Assembly: GCA_964016885.1 (NCBI GenBank)
Contig: OZ024742.1
Span: 360,096,001 to 360,160,000, forward strand
Direction of reading: 5' to 3'
DNA from: Eledone cirrhosa
Lineage: Eukaryota
DNA: 64,000 nt
The notes beneath the pieces were generated by a model. That model made no database searches. It saw only the letters and a program-made list of their open reading frames with translations, and was not told the origin of the DNA. The position numbers were made by a program, and so were the translations under genes. This document shows positions 15,001 to 28,806 of the stretch, one piece after another; the stretch's first letter is position 1, and the number at the start of each line of letters is the position of its first letter.

Positions 15001-18000
15001 ATAGAAAGGCTGGGATGTGACCGTGGACAGGAGAGATAGAAAGGCTGGGATATGAAGGTGGAGAAGAGAGGTAGAAAGGCTGGGAAGTGACGGAGGAGAA
15101 GATAGATAGGAAGGCTGGGATGTGAAGTTGGAGGAGAGAGATACAAAGGCTGGGATGTGAAGGTGGAGTAGGAAGATAGAAAGGCTGAGATGTGAAGGAA
15201 GAGAAGAGAGATAGAAAGGCTGAGACGTGAAGGAGGAGAAGAGAGAGAGAAAGGCTGGGATGTGAAGGAGGAGAAGATAGATAGAAAGGCTGGGATGTGA
15301 AGGAGCAGAAGAGAGATAGAAAGGCTGGGATGTGAAGTAGGCGAAAATAGATACAAAGGCTGAGATGTGAAGGAGAAGAGAGATAGAAAGGCTGGGATAT
15401 GAAGGTGGAGGAGAGAGATTGAAAGGCTGAGATGTGAAGGAGGAGAAGAGAGATAGAAAGGCTGGGATGTGAAGGAGGAGAAGATAGATAGAAAGGCTGG
15501 GATGTGAAGGTGGAGAAGAGAGATTGAAAGGCTGAGATGTGAAGGAAGAGAAGAGAGATAGGAAGGCTGAGATGTGAAGGAGGAGAAGAGAGATAGAATG
15601 GTTGGGATGTGAAGCAGGAGATGAGAGATAGAAAGGCTGGGATGTGAAGGCGGAGAAGAGAGATAGAAAGGCTGGAATGTGAAGGTGGAGAGGAGAGATA
15701 GAAAGGCTGAGATGTGAAGGTGGAGAAGAGAGAGAGAAAGGCTGGGATGTGAAGGTCGAGGAGAGACATAGAAAGGCTGGGATGAGAAGGAGGAGAAGAG
15801 ATATAGAAAGGCTGAGATATGAAGGTGAAGAGAGATGGAAAGGCAGGGATGTGAATGTGGAGAAGAGAGATAGAAAGGCTGGGATGTAACGGTGGAGAAG
15901 AGAGATAGAAAGGCTGGGATGTGAAGGAGGAGAAGATAGATAGAAAGGCTGGGATGTGAAGGTGGAGAAGAGAGATAGAAAGGCTGGGATGTGAAGGTCG
16001 AGGGGAGACATAGTAAGGCTGGGATGTGAAGGAGGAGAAGAGATATAGAAAGGCTGAGATATGAAGGTGAAGAGAGATGGAAAGGCTGGGATGTGAATGT
16101 GGAGAAGAGAGATAGAAAGGCTGGGATGTGACGGAGGAGAAGAGAGATAGAAAGGCTGGTATGTGAAGGAGAAGAACATAGATAGAAAGGCTGGGATGTG
16201 AAGGTGGAGAAGTGAGATAGAAAGGCTGGGATGTGAAGGTGGAGAGGAGAGATAGAAAGGCTGGGATGTGAAGGTGGAGGAGAGATAGAAAGGCTGAGAT
16301 GTGAAGGTGGAGGAGAGAGATAGAAAGTCTGGGATGTGAAGGTGGAGAAGAGAGATAGAAAGGCTGGGATGTGAAGGTAGAGAAGAGAGATAGAAAGGCG
16401 GAGATATGAAGGAGGAGAAGAGAGATAGAAAGGCTGGCATATGAAGGAGCAGAAGAGAGATAGAAAGGGTGGGATGTGATGGTGGAGAAGAGAGATGGAA
16501 AGGCTGAGATGTGAAGGTGGAGGAGAGAGATAGAAACGCTGGGATGTGACGGATGAGACGAGAGATACAAAGGCTGGGATGTGACGGGGGAGAAGACAGA
16601 TAGAAAGACTGGGATGTGAAGGAAGAGAAGATAGATAGAAAGGCTGGGATGTGAAGGTAGGGAAGAGAGATAGAAAGGCTGAGATGTGATGGAGGAGAAG
16701 AGAGATAGAAAGACTGGGATGTGAAGGAGGAGACGAGAGATAGAAAGGCGGAGATGTGAATGAAAAGAAGACAGATAGAAAGGCTGCGATGTGAAGGAAG
16801 AGAAGATAGATAGAAAGGCTGGGATGTGAAGGTAGGGAAGAGAGATAGAAAGGCTGAGATGTGATGGAGGAGAAGAGAGATAGAAAGACTGGGATGTGAA
16901 GGAGGAGACGAGAGATAGAAAGGCTGGGATGTGACGGAGGAGAAGACAGATAGAAAGACTGGGATGTGAAGGAGGAGACGAGAGATAGAAAGGCTGAATG
17001 TGACGGGGGAGAAGACAGATAGAAAGTCTGGGATGTGATGGTGGAGAAGAGAGATAGAAAGCTGGCATGTGAAGGTGGAGAAGAGAGATAGAAAGGCTGA
17101 GATGTGAAGGTGGAGAAGAGAGATAGAAAGGCTGAGATGTGAATGTGGAGAAGAGAGATAGAAAGGCTGAGATGTGAAGGAGGAGAAGACAGACAGAAAG
17201 GCTGCGATGTGAAGGAGGAGAAGAGAGATAGAAAGCCTGGAATGTGAAGGTGGAGGAGAGAGATAGAAAGGCTGGGACGTGAAGGTAGAGAAGAGAGATA
17301 GGAAGGCTGAGATGTGAAGGAGGAGAAGAGAGATAGAAAGGTTGGGATGTGAAGGAGGAGATGAGAGATAGAAAGGCTGGGATATGAAGGTGGAGAAGAG
17401 AGAGAGAAAGGCTGGGATGTGAAGGAGGAGAAGATAGATAGAAAGGCTGGGATGTGAAGGAGCAGAAGAGCGATAGAAAGGCTGAGATGTGAAGGTGGAG
17501 GAGAGAGCTAGAAAGGCTGGGATGTGAAGGTGGAGAAGAGAGAGAGAAAGGCTGGGATGTGAAGGAGGAGAAGATAGATAGAAAGGCTGGGATGTGAAGG
17601 AGCAGAAGAGCGATAGAAAGGCTGAGATGTGAAGGTGGAGGAGAGAGCTAGAAAGGCTGGGATGCGAAGGTGGAGAAGAGAGATGGAAAGGCTGCGATGT
17701 GAAGGAGGAGAAGAGAGATAGAAAGGCAGGGATGGGAACGTGGAGAAGAGAGATAGAAAGGCTGAGATGTGAAGGAGGAGAAGAGAGATAGAAAGGCAGG
17801 GATGGGAACGTGGAGAAGAGAGATAGAAAGGCTGAGATGTGAAGGTGGAAAAGAGAGATAGAAAGGCTCGGATGTGAAGGAGCAGAAGAGCGATAGAAAG
17901 GCTGGCATATGAAGGAGCAGAAGAGAGATAGAAAGGGTGGAATGTGAAGGTGGAGAAGAGAGATGGAAAGGCTGAGATGTGAAGGTGGAGGAGAGAGATA

Positions 18001-21000
18001 GAAAGGCTGGGATGTGACGGAGGAGAAGAGAGATAGAAAGACTGGGATGTGAAGGAGGAGACGAGAGATAGAAAGGCTGGGATGTGAAGGTGGAGAAGAG
18101 AGATAGAAAGGCGGAGATGTGAAAGAAAAGAAGAGAGATAGAATGGCTGGGATGTGAAGGAAGAGAAGATAGATAGAAAGGCTGGGATGTGAAGGTAGGG
18201 AAGAGAGATAGAAATGCTGGGATGTGAAGGTAGGGAAGAGAGATAGAAATGCTGAGATGTGAAGGTGGAGAAGAGAGATAGAAAGGCTGGGATGTGAAGG
18301 TAGAGAGGAGAGATAGAAAGGCTGGGATGTGAAGGTGGAGGAGAGAGATAGAAAGGCTGGGATGTGACGGAGGAGATGAAAGATAGAAAGGCTGGGATGT
18401 GAAGGTAGTGAAGAGAGATAGAAAGGCTAGGATGTGAAAGGGGAGAAGAGAGATAGAAAGGCTGAGATATGAAGGAGGAGAAGAGAGATAGATAGGCTGG
18501 GATGTGAAGGTGGAGGAGAGGTAGGAAGGCTGAGATGTGAAGGTGGAGAAGAGAGATAGAAAGGCTGTGATATGAAGGAGGAGAAGAGATAGAAAGGCTG
18601 GGATATGAAGGAGGAGAAAATAGATAGAAAGGCTGAGATGTGAAGGAGGAGAAGAGAGATAGAAAGGCTGGTGTGTGAAGGTGGAGAAGAGAGATAGAAA
18701 GGCTGGGATGTGAAGGAGCAAAAGAGACATAGAAAGGCTGGGATGTGATTGAGGAGAAGAGATATAGAAAGGCTGAGATGTGAAGGTGGACAAGAGATAG
18801 AAAGGCTGGGATGTGAAGGTGGAGAAGAGAGATAGAAATGCTGAGATGTGAAGGTGGAGAGGAGAGATAGAAAGGCTGAGATGTGAAGGTGGAGGAGAGA
18901 TAGAAAGGCTGGGATATGAAGGAGGAGAAAATAGATAGAAAGGCTGAGATGTGAAGGAGGAGAAGAGAGATAGAAAGGCTGGGATGTGAAGGTAGAGAGG
19001 AGAGATAGAAAGGCTGGGATGTGAAGGTGGAGAAGAGAGATAGAAAGGCAGGGATGTGAAGGAAAAGAAGATAGATAGAAAGGCTGGGATGTGAAGGTAG
19101 GGAAGAGAGATAGAAATGCTGAGATGTGAAGGTGGAGAAGAGAGATAGATAGGCTGGGATGTGAAGGTGGAGAAGTGAGATAGATAGGCTGGGATGTGAA
19201 GGTTGAGGAGAGACATAGAAAGGCTGGGATGTGAATGAGGAGAAGAGATATAGAAAGGCTGAGATGTGAAGGTGGACAAGAGATAGATAGGCTGGGATGT
19301 GAAGGTGGAGAAGAGAGATAGAAATGCTGAGATGTGAAGGAGGAGAAGAGAGATAGAAAGGCTGGGATGTGAAGGTGGAGAAGAGTGAGAGAAAAGCTGG
19401 GATGTGAAGGAGGAGATGATAGATAGAAAGGCTGGGATGTGAAGGAGCAGAAGAGAGATAGAAAGGCTGGGATGTGAAGGTGGAGAAGAGAGATAGAAAG
19501 GCTGGGATTTGAAGGTGGAGGAGAGAGATAGAAAGGCTGGCATGTGAAGGTGGCAAAAATAGATAGAAAGGCTGAGATGTGAAGGAGAAGAGAGATAGAA
19601 AGGCTGGGATGTGAAGGTGGAGAAGCGAGATCGAAAGGCTGGGATGTGACGGAGCAGAAGAGAGATAGAAAGGCTGGGATGTGAAGGTGGAGAAGAGAGA
19701 TAGAAAGGCTGGGATGTGAAGGTGGAAAAGAGAGATAGAAAGGCTGGGATGTGAAGGTGGAGAGGAGAGATAGAAAGGCTGGAATGTGACGGATGAGAAG
19801 AGAGATAGAAAGACTGGGATGTGAAGGAAGAGACGAGAGATAGAAAGGCTGGGATGTGACCGTGGACAGGAGAGATAGAAAGGCTGGGATATGAAGGTGG
19901 AGAAGAGAGGTTGAAAGGCTGGGAAGTGACGGAGGAGAAGATAGATAGGAAGGCTGGGATGTGAAGTTGGAGGAGAGAGATACAAAGGCTGGGATGTGAA
20001 GGTGGAGTAGGAAGATAGAAAGGCTGAGATGTGAAGGAAGAGAAGAGAGATAGAAAGGCTGAGACGTGAAGGAGGAGAAGAGAGAGAGAAAGGCTGGGAT
20101 GTGAAGGAGGAGAAGATAGATAGAAAGGCTGGGATGTGAAGGAGCAGAAGAGAGATAGAAAGGCTGGGATGTGAAGTAGGCGAAAATAGATACAAAGGCT
20201 GAGATGTGAAGGAGAAGAGAGATAGAAAGGCTGGGATATGAAGGTGGAGGAGAGAGATTGAAAGGCTGAGATGTGAAGGAGGAGAAGAGAGATAGAAAGG
20301 CTGGGATGTGAAGGAGGAGAAGATAGATAGAAAGGCTGGGATGTGAAGGTGGAGAAGAGAGATTGAAAGGCTGAGATGTGAAGGAAGAGAAGAGAGATAG
20401 GAAGGCTGAGATGTGAAGGAGGAGAAGAGAGATAGAATGGTTGGGATGTGAAGCAGGAGATGAGAGATAGAAAGGCTGGGATGTGAAGGCGGAGAAGAGA
20501 GATAGAAAGGCTGGAATGTGAAGGTGGAGAGGAGAGATAGAAAGGCTGAGATGTGAAGGTGGAGAAGAGAGAGAGAAAGGCTGGGATGTGACGGTCGAGG
20601 AGAGACATAGAAAGGCTGGGATGAGAAGGAGGAGAAGAGATATAGAAAGGCTGAGATATGAAGGTGAAGAGAGATGGAAAGGCTGGGATGTGAATGTGGA
20701 GAAGAGAGATAGAAAGGCTGGGATGTAACGGTGGAGAAGAGAGATAGAAAGGCTGGGATGTGAAGGAGGAGAAGATAGATAGAAAGGCTGGGATGTGAAG
20801 GTGGAGAAGAGAGATAGAAAGGCTGGGATGTGAAGGTCGAGGAGAGACATAGAAAGGCTGGGATGTGAAGGAGGAGAAGAGATATAGAAAGGCTGAGATA
20901 TGAAGGTGAAGAGAGATGGAAAGGCTGGGATGTGAATGTGGAGAAGAGAGATAGAAAGGCTGGGATGTGACGGAGGAGAAGAGAGATAGAAAGGCTGGTA

Positions 21001-24000
21001 TGTGAAGGAGGAGAACATAGATAGAAAGGCTGGGATGTGAAGGTGGAGAAGTGAGATAGAAAGGCTGGGATGTGAAGGTGGAGAGGAGAGATAGAAAGGC
21101 TGGGATGTGAAGGTGGAGGAGAGATAGAAAGGCTGAGATGTGAAGGTGGAGGAGAGAGATAGAAAGTCTGGGATGTGAAGGTGGAGAAGAGAGATAGAAA
21201 GGCTGGGATGTGAAGGTAGAGAAGAGAGATAGAAAGGCGGAGATATGAAGGAGGAGAAGAGAGATAGAAAGGCTGGCATATGAAGGAGCAGAAGAGAGAT
21301 AGAAAGGGTGGGATGTGATGGTGGAGAAGAGAGATGGAAAGGCTGAGATGTGAAGGTGGAGGAGAGAGATAGAAAGGCTGGGATGTGACGGAGGAGACGA
21401 GAGATACAAAGGCTGGGATGTGACGGGGGAGAAGACAGATAGAAAGACTGGGATGTGAAGGTGGAGACGAGAGATAGAAAGGCGGAGATGTGAATGAAAA
21501 GAAGACAGATAGAAAGGCTGGGATGTGAAGGAAGAGAAGATAGATAGAAAGGCTGGGATGTGAAGGTAGGGAAGAGAGATAGAAAGGCTGAGATGTGATG
21601 GAGGAGAAGAGAGATAGAAAGACTGGGATGTGAAGGAGGAGACGAGAGATAGAAAGGCTGGGATGTGACAGAGGAGAAGACAGATAGAAAGACTGGGATG
21701 TGAAGGAGGAGACGAGAGATAGAAAGGCTGGGATGTGACGGGGGAGAAGACAGATAGAAAGTCTGGGATGTGATGGTGGAGAAGAGAGATAGAAAGCTGG
21801 CATGTGAAGGTGGAGAAGAGAGATAGAAAGGCTGAGATGTGAAGGTGGAGAAGAGAGATAGAAAGGCTGGGATGTGAATGTGGAGAAGAGAGATAGAAAG
21901 GCTGAGATGTGAAGGAGGAGAAGACAGACAGAAAGGCTGCGATGTGAAGGAGGAGAAGAGAGATAGAAAGCCTGGAATGTGAAGGTGGAGGAGAGAGATA
22001 GAAAGGCTGGGATGTGAAGGTAGAGAAGAGAGATAGGAAGGCTGAGATGTGAAGGAGGAGAAGAGAGATAGAAAGGTTGGGATGTGAAGGAGGAGATGAG
22101 AGATAGAAAGGCTGGGATATGAAGGTGGAGAAGAGACATAGAAATGCTGAGATGTGAAGGTGGAGAGGAGAGATAGAAATGCTGGGATGTGAAGGTGGAG
22201 GAGAGATAGAAAGGCTGAGATGTGAAGGTGGAGGAGAGAGATAGCAAGGCTAGGATGTGAAGGTGGAGAAGAAAGATAGAAAGGCTGAGATATGAAGGAG
22301 GAGAAGAGATAGAAAGGCTGGGATGTGAAGGAGGAGAAAATAGATAGAAAGGCTGAGATGTGAAGGAGGAGAAGAGAGATAGAAAGGCTGGGATGTGAAG
22401 GTGGAGAAGAGAGAGAGAAAGGCTGGGATGTGAAGGTCGAGGAGAGACATAGAAAGGCTGGGATGAGAAGGAGGAGAAGAGATATAGAAAGGCTGAAATA
22501 TGAAGGTGAAGAGAGATGGAAAGGCTGGGATGTGAATGTGGAGAAGAGAGATAGAAAGGCTGGGATGTAACGGTGGAGAAGAGAGATAGAAAGGCTGGGA
22601 TGTGAAGGAGGAGAAGATAGATTGAAAGGCAGGGATGTGAAGGTGGAGAAGAGAGATAGAAATGCTGAGATGTGAAGGTGGAGAAGAGAGATAGAAAGGC
22701 TGGGATGTGAAGGTGGAGAGGAGAGATAGAAAGGCTGGGATGTGAAGGTGGAGGGGAGATAGAAAGGCTGAGATATCAAGGTGGAGGATAGAGATAGAAA
22801 GGCTGGGATGTGAAGGTAGAGAAGAGAGATAGAAAGGTGGAGATATGAATGAGTAGAAGTGAGATAGAAAGGCTGGGATGTGAAGGAGGAGAAAATAGAT
22901 AGAAAGGCTGGGATGTGAAGGTCAAGGAGAGACATAGAAAGGCTGGGATGTAAAGGAGGAGAAGAGTTATAGAAAGGCTGAGATATCAAGGTGGAAAAGA
23001 GAGATAGAAAGGCTGGGATGTGAAGGTGGAGAAGAGAGATAGAAAAGCGGAGATGTGAAGGGGGAGAAGAGAGATAGAAAGGCTGGGATGTGAAGGTGGA
23101 GAAGAGGGATAGAAAGGCTGCGATGTGAAGGTGGAGAAGAGAGATAGAAAGGCTGATATGTGAAGGTGGTGAAGAGAGAGAGAAACGCTGGTATGTGAAG
23201 GAGGAGAAGAGAGATAGAAAGGCTGGGATGTGAAGGTGGAGAAGAGAGATAGAAAGCCTGGGATGTGAAGGTGGAGAAGAGAGATAGAAAGGCTGGGATG
23301 TGAAGGTGGAGAAGAGAGATAGAAAGGCTGGGAAGTGAAGGAGGAGAAGAGAGATAGAAAGGCTGGGATGTGAAGGTGGTGAAGAGAGATAGAAAGGCTG
23401 GGATGTGAAGGTGGTGAAGAGAGATAGAAAGGCTGGAATGTGAAGGAGGAGAAGAGAGATAGAAAGGCTGGGATGTGAAGGTGGTGAAGAGAGATAGAAA
23501 GGCTGACATGTGAAGGTGGATAAGAGAGATAGAAAAGCTGAGATGTGAAGGTGGAGAAGAGATGGAAAGGCTGGGATGTGAAGGAGGAGAGAGATAGAAG
23601 GGCTGGGATGTGAATGTGGAGAAGAGAGAGAGAAAGGCTGGGATGTGAAGGTGGTGAAGAGAGATAGAAAGGCTAGGATGTGAAGGTGGAGGAGAGAGAT
23701 AGAAAGGCTGGGATGTGACGGAGGAGAAGAGAGATAGAAAGAGTGGGATGTGAAGGAGGAGACGAGAGATAGAAAGGCTGGGATGTGAAGGTGGAGAAGA
23801 GAGATAGAAAGGCGGAGATGTGAAAGAAAAGAAGAGAGATAGAAAGGCTGGGATGTGAAGGAAGAGAAGATAGATAGAAACGCTGGGATGTGAAGGTAGG
23901 GAAGAGAGATAGAAATGCTGGGATGTGAAGGTAGGGAAGAGAGATTGAAAGGCTGAGATGTGACGGAGGAGAAGAGAGATAGAAAGACTGGGATGTGAAG

Positions 24001-27000
24001 AGGAGACGAGAGATAGAAAGGCTGCGATGTGAATGAGGAGAAGAGAGATAGAAAGCCTGGAATGTGAAGGTGGAGGAGAGAGATAGAAAGGCTGGGATGT
24101 GAAGGTAGAGAAGAGAGATAGGAAGGCTGAGATGTGAAGGAGGAGAAGAGAGATAGAAAGGTTGGGATGTGAAGGAGGAGATGAGAGATAGAAAGACTGG
24201 GATGTGAAGGTGGAGAAGAGAGATAGAAATGCTGAAATGTGAAGGTGGAGAAGAGAGATAGAAAGGCTGGAATGTGAAGGTGGAGAGGAGAGATAGAAAT
24301 GCTGGGATGTGAAGGTGGAGGAGAGATAGAAAGGCTGAGATGTGAAGGTGGAGGAGAGAGATAGCAAGGCTAGGATATGAAGGTGGAGAAGAAAGATAGA
24401 AAGGCTGAGATATGAAAGAGGAGAAGAGATAGAAAGGCTGGGATGTGAAGGAGGAGAAAATAGATAGAAAGGCTGAGATGTGAAGGAGGAGAAGAGAGAT
24501 AGAAAGGCTGGGATGTGAAGGTGGAGAAGAGAGAGAGAAAGGCTTGGATGTGAAGGTCGAGGAGAGACATAGAAAGGCTGGGATGAGAAGGAGGAGAAGA
24601 GATATAGAAAGGCTGAGATATGAAGGTGAAGAGAGATGGAAAGGCTGGGATGTGAATGTGGAGAAGAGAGATAGAAAGGCTGGGATGTGAAGGAGGAGAA
24701 GATAGATAGAAAGGCTGGGATGTGAAGGTGGAGAAGAGAGATAAAAATGCTGAGATGTGAAGGTGGAGAAGAGAGATAGAAAGGCTGGGATGTGAAGGTG
24801 GAGAGGAGAGATAGAAAGGCTGGGATGTGAAGGTGGAGGGGAGATAGAAAGGCTGAGATGTCAAGGTGGAGGAGAGAGATAGAAAGTCTGGGATGTGAAG
24901 GTAGAGAAGAGAGATAGAAAGGTGGAGATATGAATGAGGAGAAGTGAGATAGAAAGGCAGGGATGTGAAGGAGGAGAAAAGAGATAGAAAGGCTGGGATG
25001 TGAAGGTGGAGAAGAGAGATAGAAAGGCTGAGATATCAAGGTGGAAAAGAGAGACAGAAAGGCTGGGATGTGAAGGTGGAGAAGAGAGATAGAAAAGCGG
25101 AGATGTGATGGGGGAGAAGACAGATAGAAAGTCTGGGATGTGAAGGTGGAGAAGAGAGATAGGAGGGCTGGGATGTGAAGGTGGAGAAGAGAGATAGAAA
25201 GGCTGAGATGTGAAGGTGGAGAAGAGAGATAGAAAGGCTGAGATGTGAAGGAGGAGAAGACAGACAGAAAGGCTGCGATGTGATGGAGGAGAAGAGAGAT
25301 AGAAAGGCTGGGATGTGAAGGTGGAGAAGAGAGATAGAAAGGCTGGGATGTGAAGGTGGAGAAGAGAGATAGAAAGGCTGGGAAGTGAAGGAGGAGAAGA
25401 GAGATAGAAAGGCTGGGATGTGAAGGTGGAGAAGAGAGATAGAAAGGCTGGGATATGAAGGTGGAGAAGAGAGATAGAAAGGCTGGGAAGTGAAGGAGGA
25501 GAAGAGAGATAGAAAGGCTGGGATGTGAAGGTGGTAAAGAGAGATAGAAAGGCTGGGATGTGAAGGTGGTGAAGAGAGATAGAAAGGCTGGGATGTGAAG
25601 GTGGAGAAGAGAGATAGAAAGGCTGGGAAGTGAGGGAGGAGAAGAGAGATAGAAAGGCTGGGATGTGAAGGTGGAGAAGAGAGATAGAAAGGCTGGGATG
25701 TGAAGGTGGAGAAGAGAGATAGAAAGGCTGGGATGTGAAGGTGGATAAGAGAGATAGAAATGCTGAGATGTGAAGGTGGAGAAGAGATAGAAAGGCTGGG
25801 ATGTGAAGGTGGAGGAGAGAGATAGAAGGGCTGAGATGTGAATGTGGAGAAGAGAGAGAGAAAGGCTGGGATGTGAAGGTGGTGAAGAGAGATAGAAAGG
25901 CTAGGATGTGAAGGTGGAGGAGAGAGATAGAAAGGCTGGGATGTGACGGAGGAGAAGAGAGATAGAAAGAGTGGGATGTGAAGGAGGAGACGAGAGATAG
26001 AAAGGCTGGGATGTGAAGGTGGAGAAGAGAGATAGAAAGGCGGAGATGTGAAAGAAAAGAAGAGAGATAGAAAGGCTGGGGTGTGAAGGAAGAGAAGATA
26101 GATAGAAAGGCTGGGATGTGAAGGTAGGGAAGAGAGATAGAAATGCTGGGATGTGAAGGTAGGGAAGAGAGATAGAAAGGCTGGGATGTGAAGGTGGAGA
26201 AGAGAGATAGAAAGGCTGGGATGTGAAGGTGGATAAGAGAGATAGAAATGCTGAGATGTGAAGGTGGAGAAGAGATAGAAAGGCTGGGATGTGAAGGTGG
26301 AGGAGAGAGATAGAAGGGCTGGGATGTGAATGTGGAGAAGAGAGAGAGAAAGGCTGGGATGTGAAGGTGGTGAAGAGAGATAGAAAGGCTAGGATGTGAA
26401 GGTGGAGGAGAGAGATAGAAAGGCTGGGATGTGACGGAGGAGAAGAGAGATAGAAAGAGTGGGATGTGAAGGAGGAGACGAGAGATAGAAAGGCTGGGAT
26501 GTGAAGGTGGAGAAGAGAGATAGAAAGGCGGAGATGTGAAAGAAAAGAAGAGAGATAGAAAGGCTGGGATGTGAAGGAAGAGAAGATAGATAGAAAGGCT
26601 GGGATGTGAAGGTAGGGATGAGAGATAGAAATGCTGGGATGTGAAGGTAGGGAAGAGAGATAGAAAGGCTGAGATGTGACGGAGGAGAAGAGAGATAGAA
26701 AGACTGGGATGTGAAGGAGGAGACGAGAGATAGAAAGGCTGGGATGTGACGGGGGAGAAGACAGATAGAAAGTCTGGGATGTGAAGGTGGAGAAGAGAGA
26801 TAGAAAGCTGGCATGTGAAGGTGGAGAAGAGAGATAGAAAGGCTGAGATGTGAAGGTGGAGAAGAGAGATAGAAAGGCTGAGATGTGAATGTGGAGAAGA
26901 GAGATAGAAAGGCTGAGATGTGAAGGAGGAGAAGACAGACAGAAAGGCTGCGATGTGAAGGAGGAGAAGAGAGATAGAAAGCCTGGAATGTGAAGGTGGA

Positions 27001-28348
27001 GGAGAGAGATAGAAAGGCTGGGATGTGAAGGTAGAGAAGAGAGATAGGAAGGCTGAGATGTGAAGGAGGAGAAGAGAGATAGAAAGGTTGGGATGTGAAG
27101 GAGGAGATGAGAGATAGAAAGGCTGGGATGTGAAGGTGGAGGAGAGATAGAAAAGCTGAGATGTGAAGGTGGAGGAGAGAGATAGCAAGGCTAGGATGTG
27201 AAGGTGGAGAAGAAAGATAGAAAGGCTGAGATGTGAAGGTGGAGAAGAGAGATAGAAAGGCTGGAATGTGAAGGTGGAGAGGAGAGATAGAAATGCTGGG
27301 ATGTGAAGGTGGAGGAGAGATAGAAAGGCTGAGATGTGAAGGTGGAGGAGAGAGATAGCAAGGCTAGGATGTGAAGGTGGAGAAGAAAGATAGAAAGGCT
27401 GAGATATGAAGGAGGAGAAGAGATAGAAAGGCTGGGATGTGAAGGAGGAGAAAATAGATAGAAAGGCTGAGATGTGAAGGAGGAGAAGAGAGATAGAAAG
27501 GCTGGGATGTGAAGGTGGAGAAGAGAGAGAGAAAGGCTGGGATGTGAAGGTCGAGGAGAGACATAGAAAGACTGGAATGAGAAGGAGGAGAAGAGATATA
27601 GAAAGGCTGAGATATGAAGGTGAAGAGAGATGGAAAGGCTGGGATGTGAATGTGGAGAAGAGAGATAGAAAGGCTGGGATGTGAAGGAGGAGAAGATAGA
27701 TAGAAAGGCTGGGATGTGAAGGTGGAGAAGAGAGATAGAAATGCTGAGATGTGAAGGTGGAGAAGAGAGATAGAAAGGCTGGGATGTGAAGGTGGAGAGG
27801 AGAGATAGAAAGGCTGGGATGTGAAGGTGGAGGGGAGATAGAAAGGCTGAGATGTCAAGGTGGAGGAGAGACATAGAAAGGCTGGGATGTGAAGGTAGAG
27901 AAGAGAGATAGAAAGGTGGAGATATGAATGAGGAGAAGTGAGATAGAAAGGCTGGGATGTGAAGGAGGAGAAAAGATATAGAAAGGCTGGGATGTAAAGC
28001 AGGAGAAGAGATATAGAAAGGCTGAGATATCAAGGTGGAAAAGAGAGATAGAAAGGCTGGGATGTGAAGGTGGAGAAGAGAGATAGAAAAGTGGAGATGT
28101 GATGGGGGAGAAGACAGATAGAAAGTCTGGGATGTGAAGGTGGAGAAGAGAGATAGAAAGGCTGGGATGTGAAGGTGGAGAAGAGAGATAGAAAGGCTGA
28201 GATGTGAAGGTGGAGAAGAGATAGAAAGGCTGGGATGTGAAGGTGGAGGAGAGAGATAGAAGGGCTGGGATGTGAATGGGGAGAAGAGAGAGAGAAAGGC
28301 TGGGATGTGAAGGTGGTGAAGAGAGATAGAAAGGCTAGGATGTGAAGT
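1..28348. repeat. Large purine-rich 35-bp satellite array (runs off the window start) with higher-order repeats
   Basis: Consensus monomer GGATGTGAAGGTGGAGAAGAGAGATAGAAAGGCTG (35 bp; 32-33 bp deletion variants) repeats without interruption to ~28348. Diagnostic variant monomers recur at multi-kb periods. Confidence 0.98.
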
Positions 28349-28516
28349 TGGCTGTGACTTCATAGCGAGAAGAGATTTGGGCGGGAAAAGAATAAACTAA
28401 ACAATTTTCCATTCATAAATTCCACTTCTTACACACATATATATATACACATATATATACATATATATATGTGTATATATACATATATATATACACATAT
28501 ATATATGTGTATATGT

Positions 28517-28738
28517 GAAGGCGTGTGACTGAGTGGTTAGAGAATTGGATTCTCAATCGTAAGGTTGTGAGTTCGATTCCTGGACAGTGCAATGCGTTAT
28601 GTCCTTGAGCAAGACACTTTATTTCACGTTGCTCCTTCTACCTGGAGTTGCGACCGATAGATAGTATTAGCAATTGGAAAGACCAACGGAAACATTGTTT
28701 CTGCCCTCCGATTTGACGAAAGTCGATCGTCCTTTAAT
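28517..28738 (+). mobile_element. tRNA-derived SINE, group A (CORE-like central domain)
   Basis: A-box-like TGACTGAGTGG and B-box GTTCGATTCC, followed by GTCCTTGAGCAAGACACTTTATTTCACGTTGCTCC, which is shared with the copies at 38668 and 46973. Confidence 0.75.
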
Positions 28739-28806
28739 ATATTGTGTATATATACAGATATATAAGTACACATATATATATACAGATATATATATAGATA
28801 TATATA

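Noticed and set aside
1-28348. CRISPR array (35-bp periodicity with constant and variable parts)
   Set aside because: The variable parts are point variants of one sequence, not unique spacers. There are no cas genes and the context is eukaryotic.
596-28363. ORFs up to 1579 aa as genes
   Set aside because: They overlap in all three frames with the same periodic peptide, which is a satellite translation artefact.
28517-28590. tRNA gene
   Set aside because: A and B boxes are present but there is no complete cloverleaf, and the sequence continues into a SINE core.
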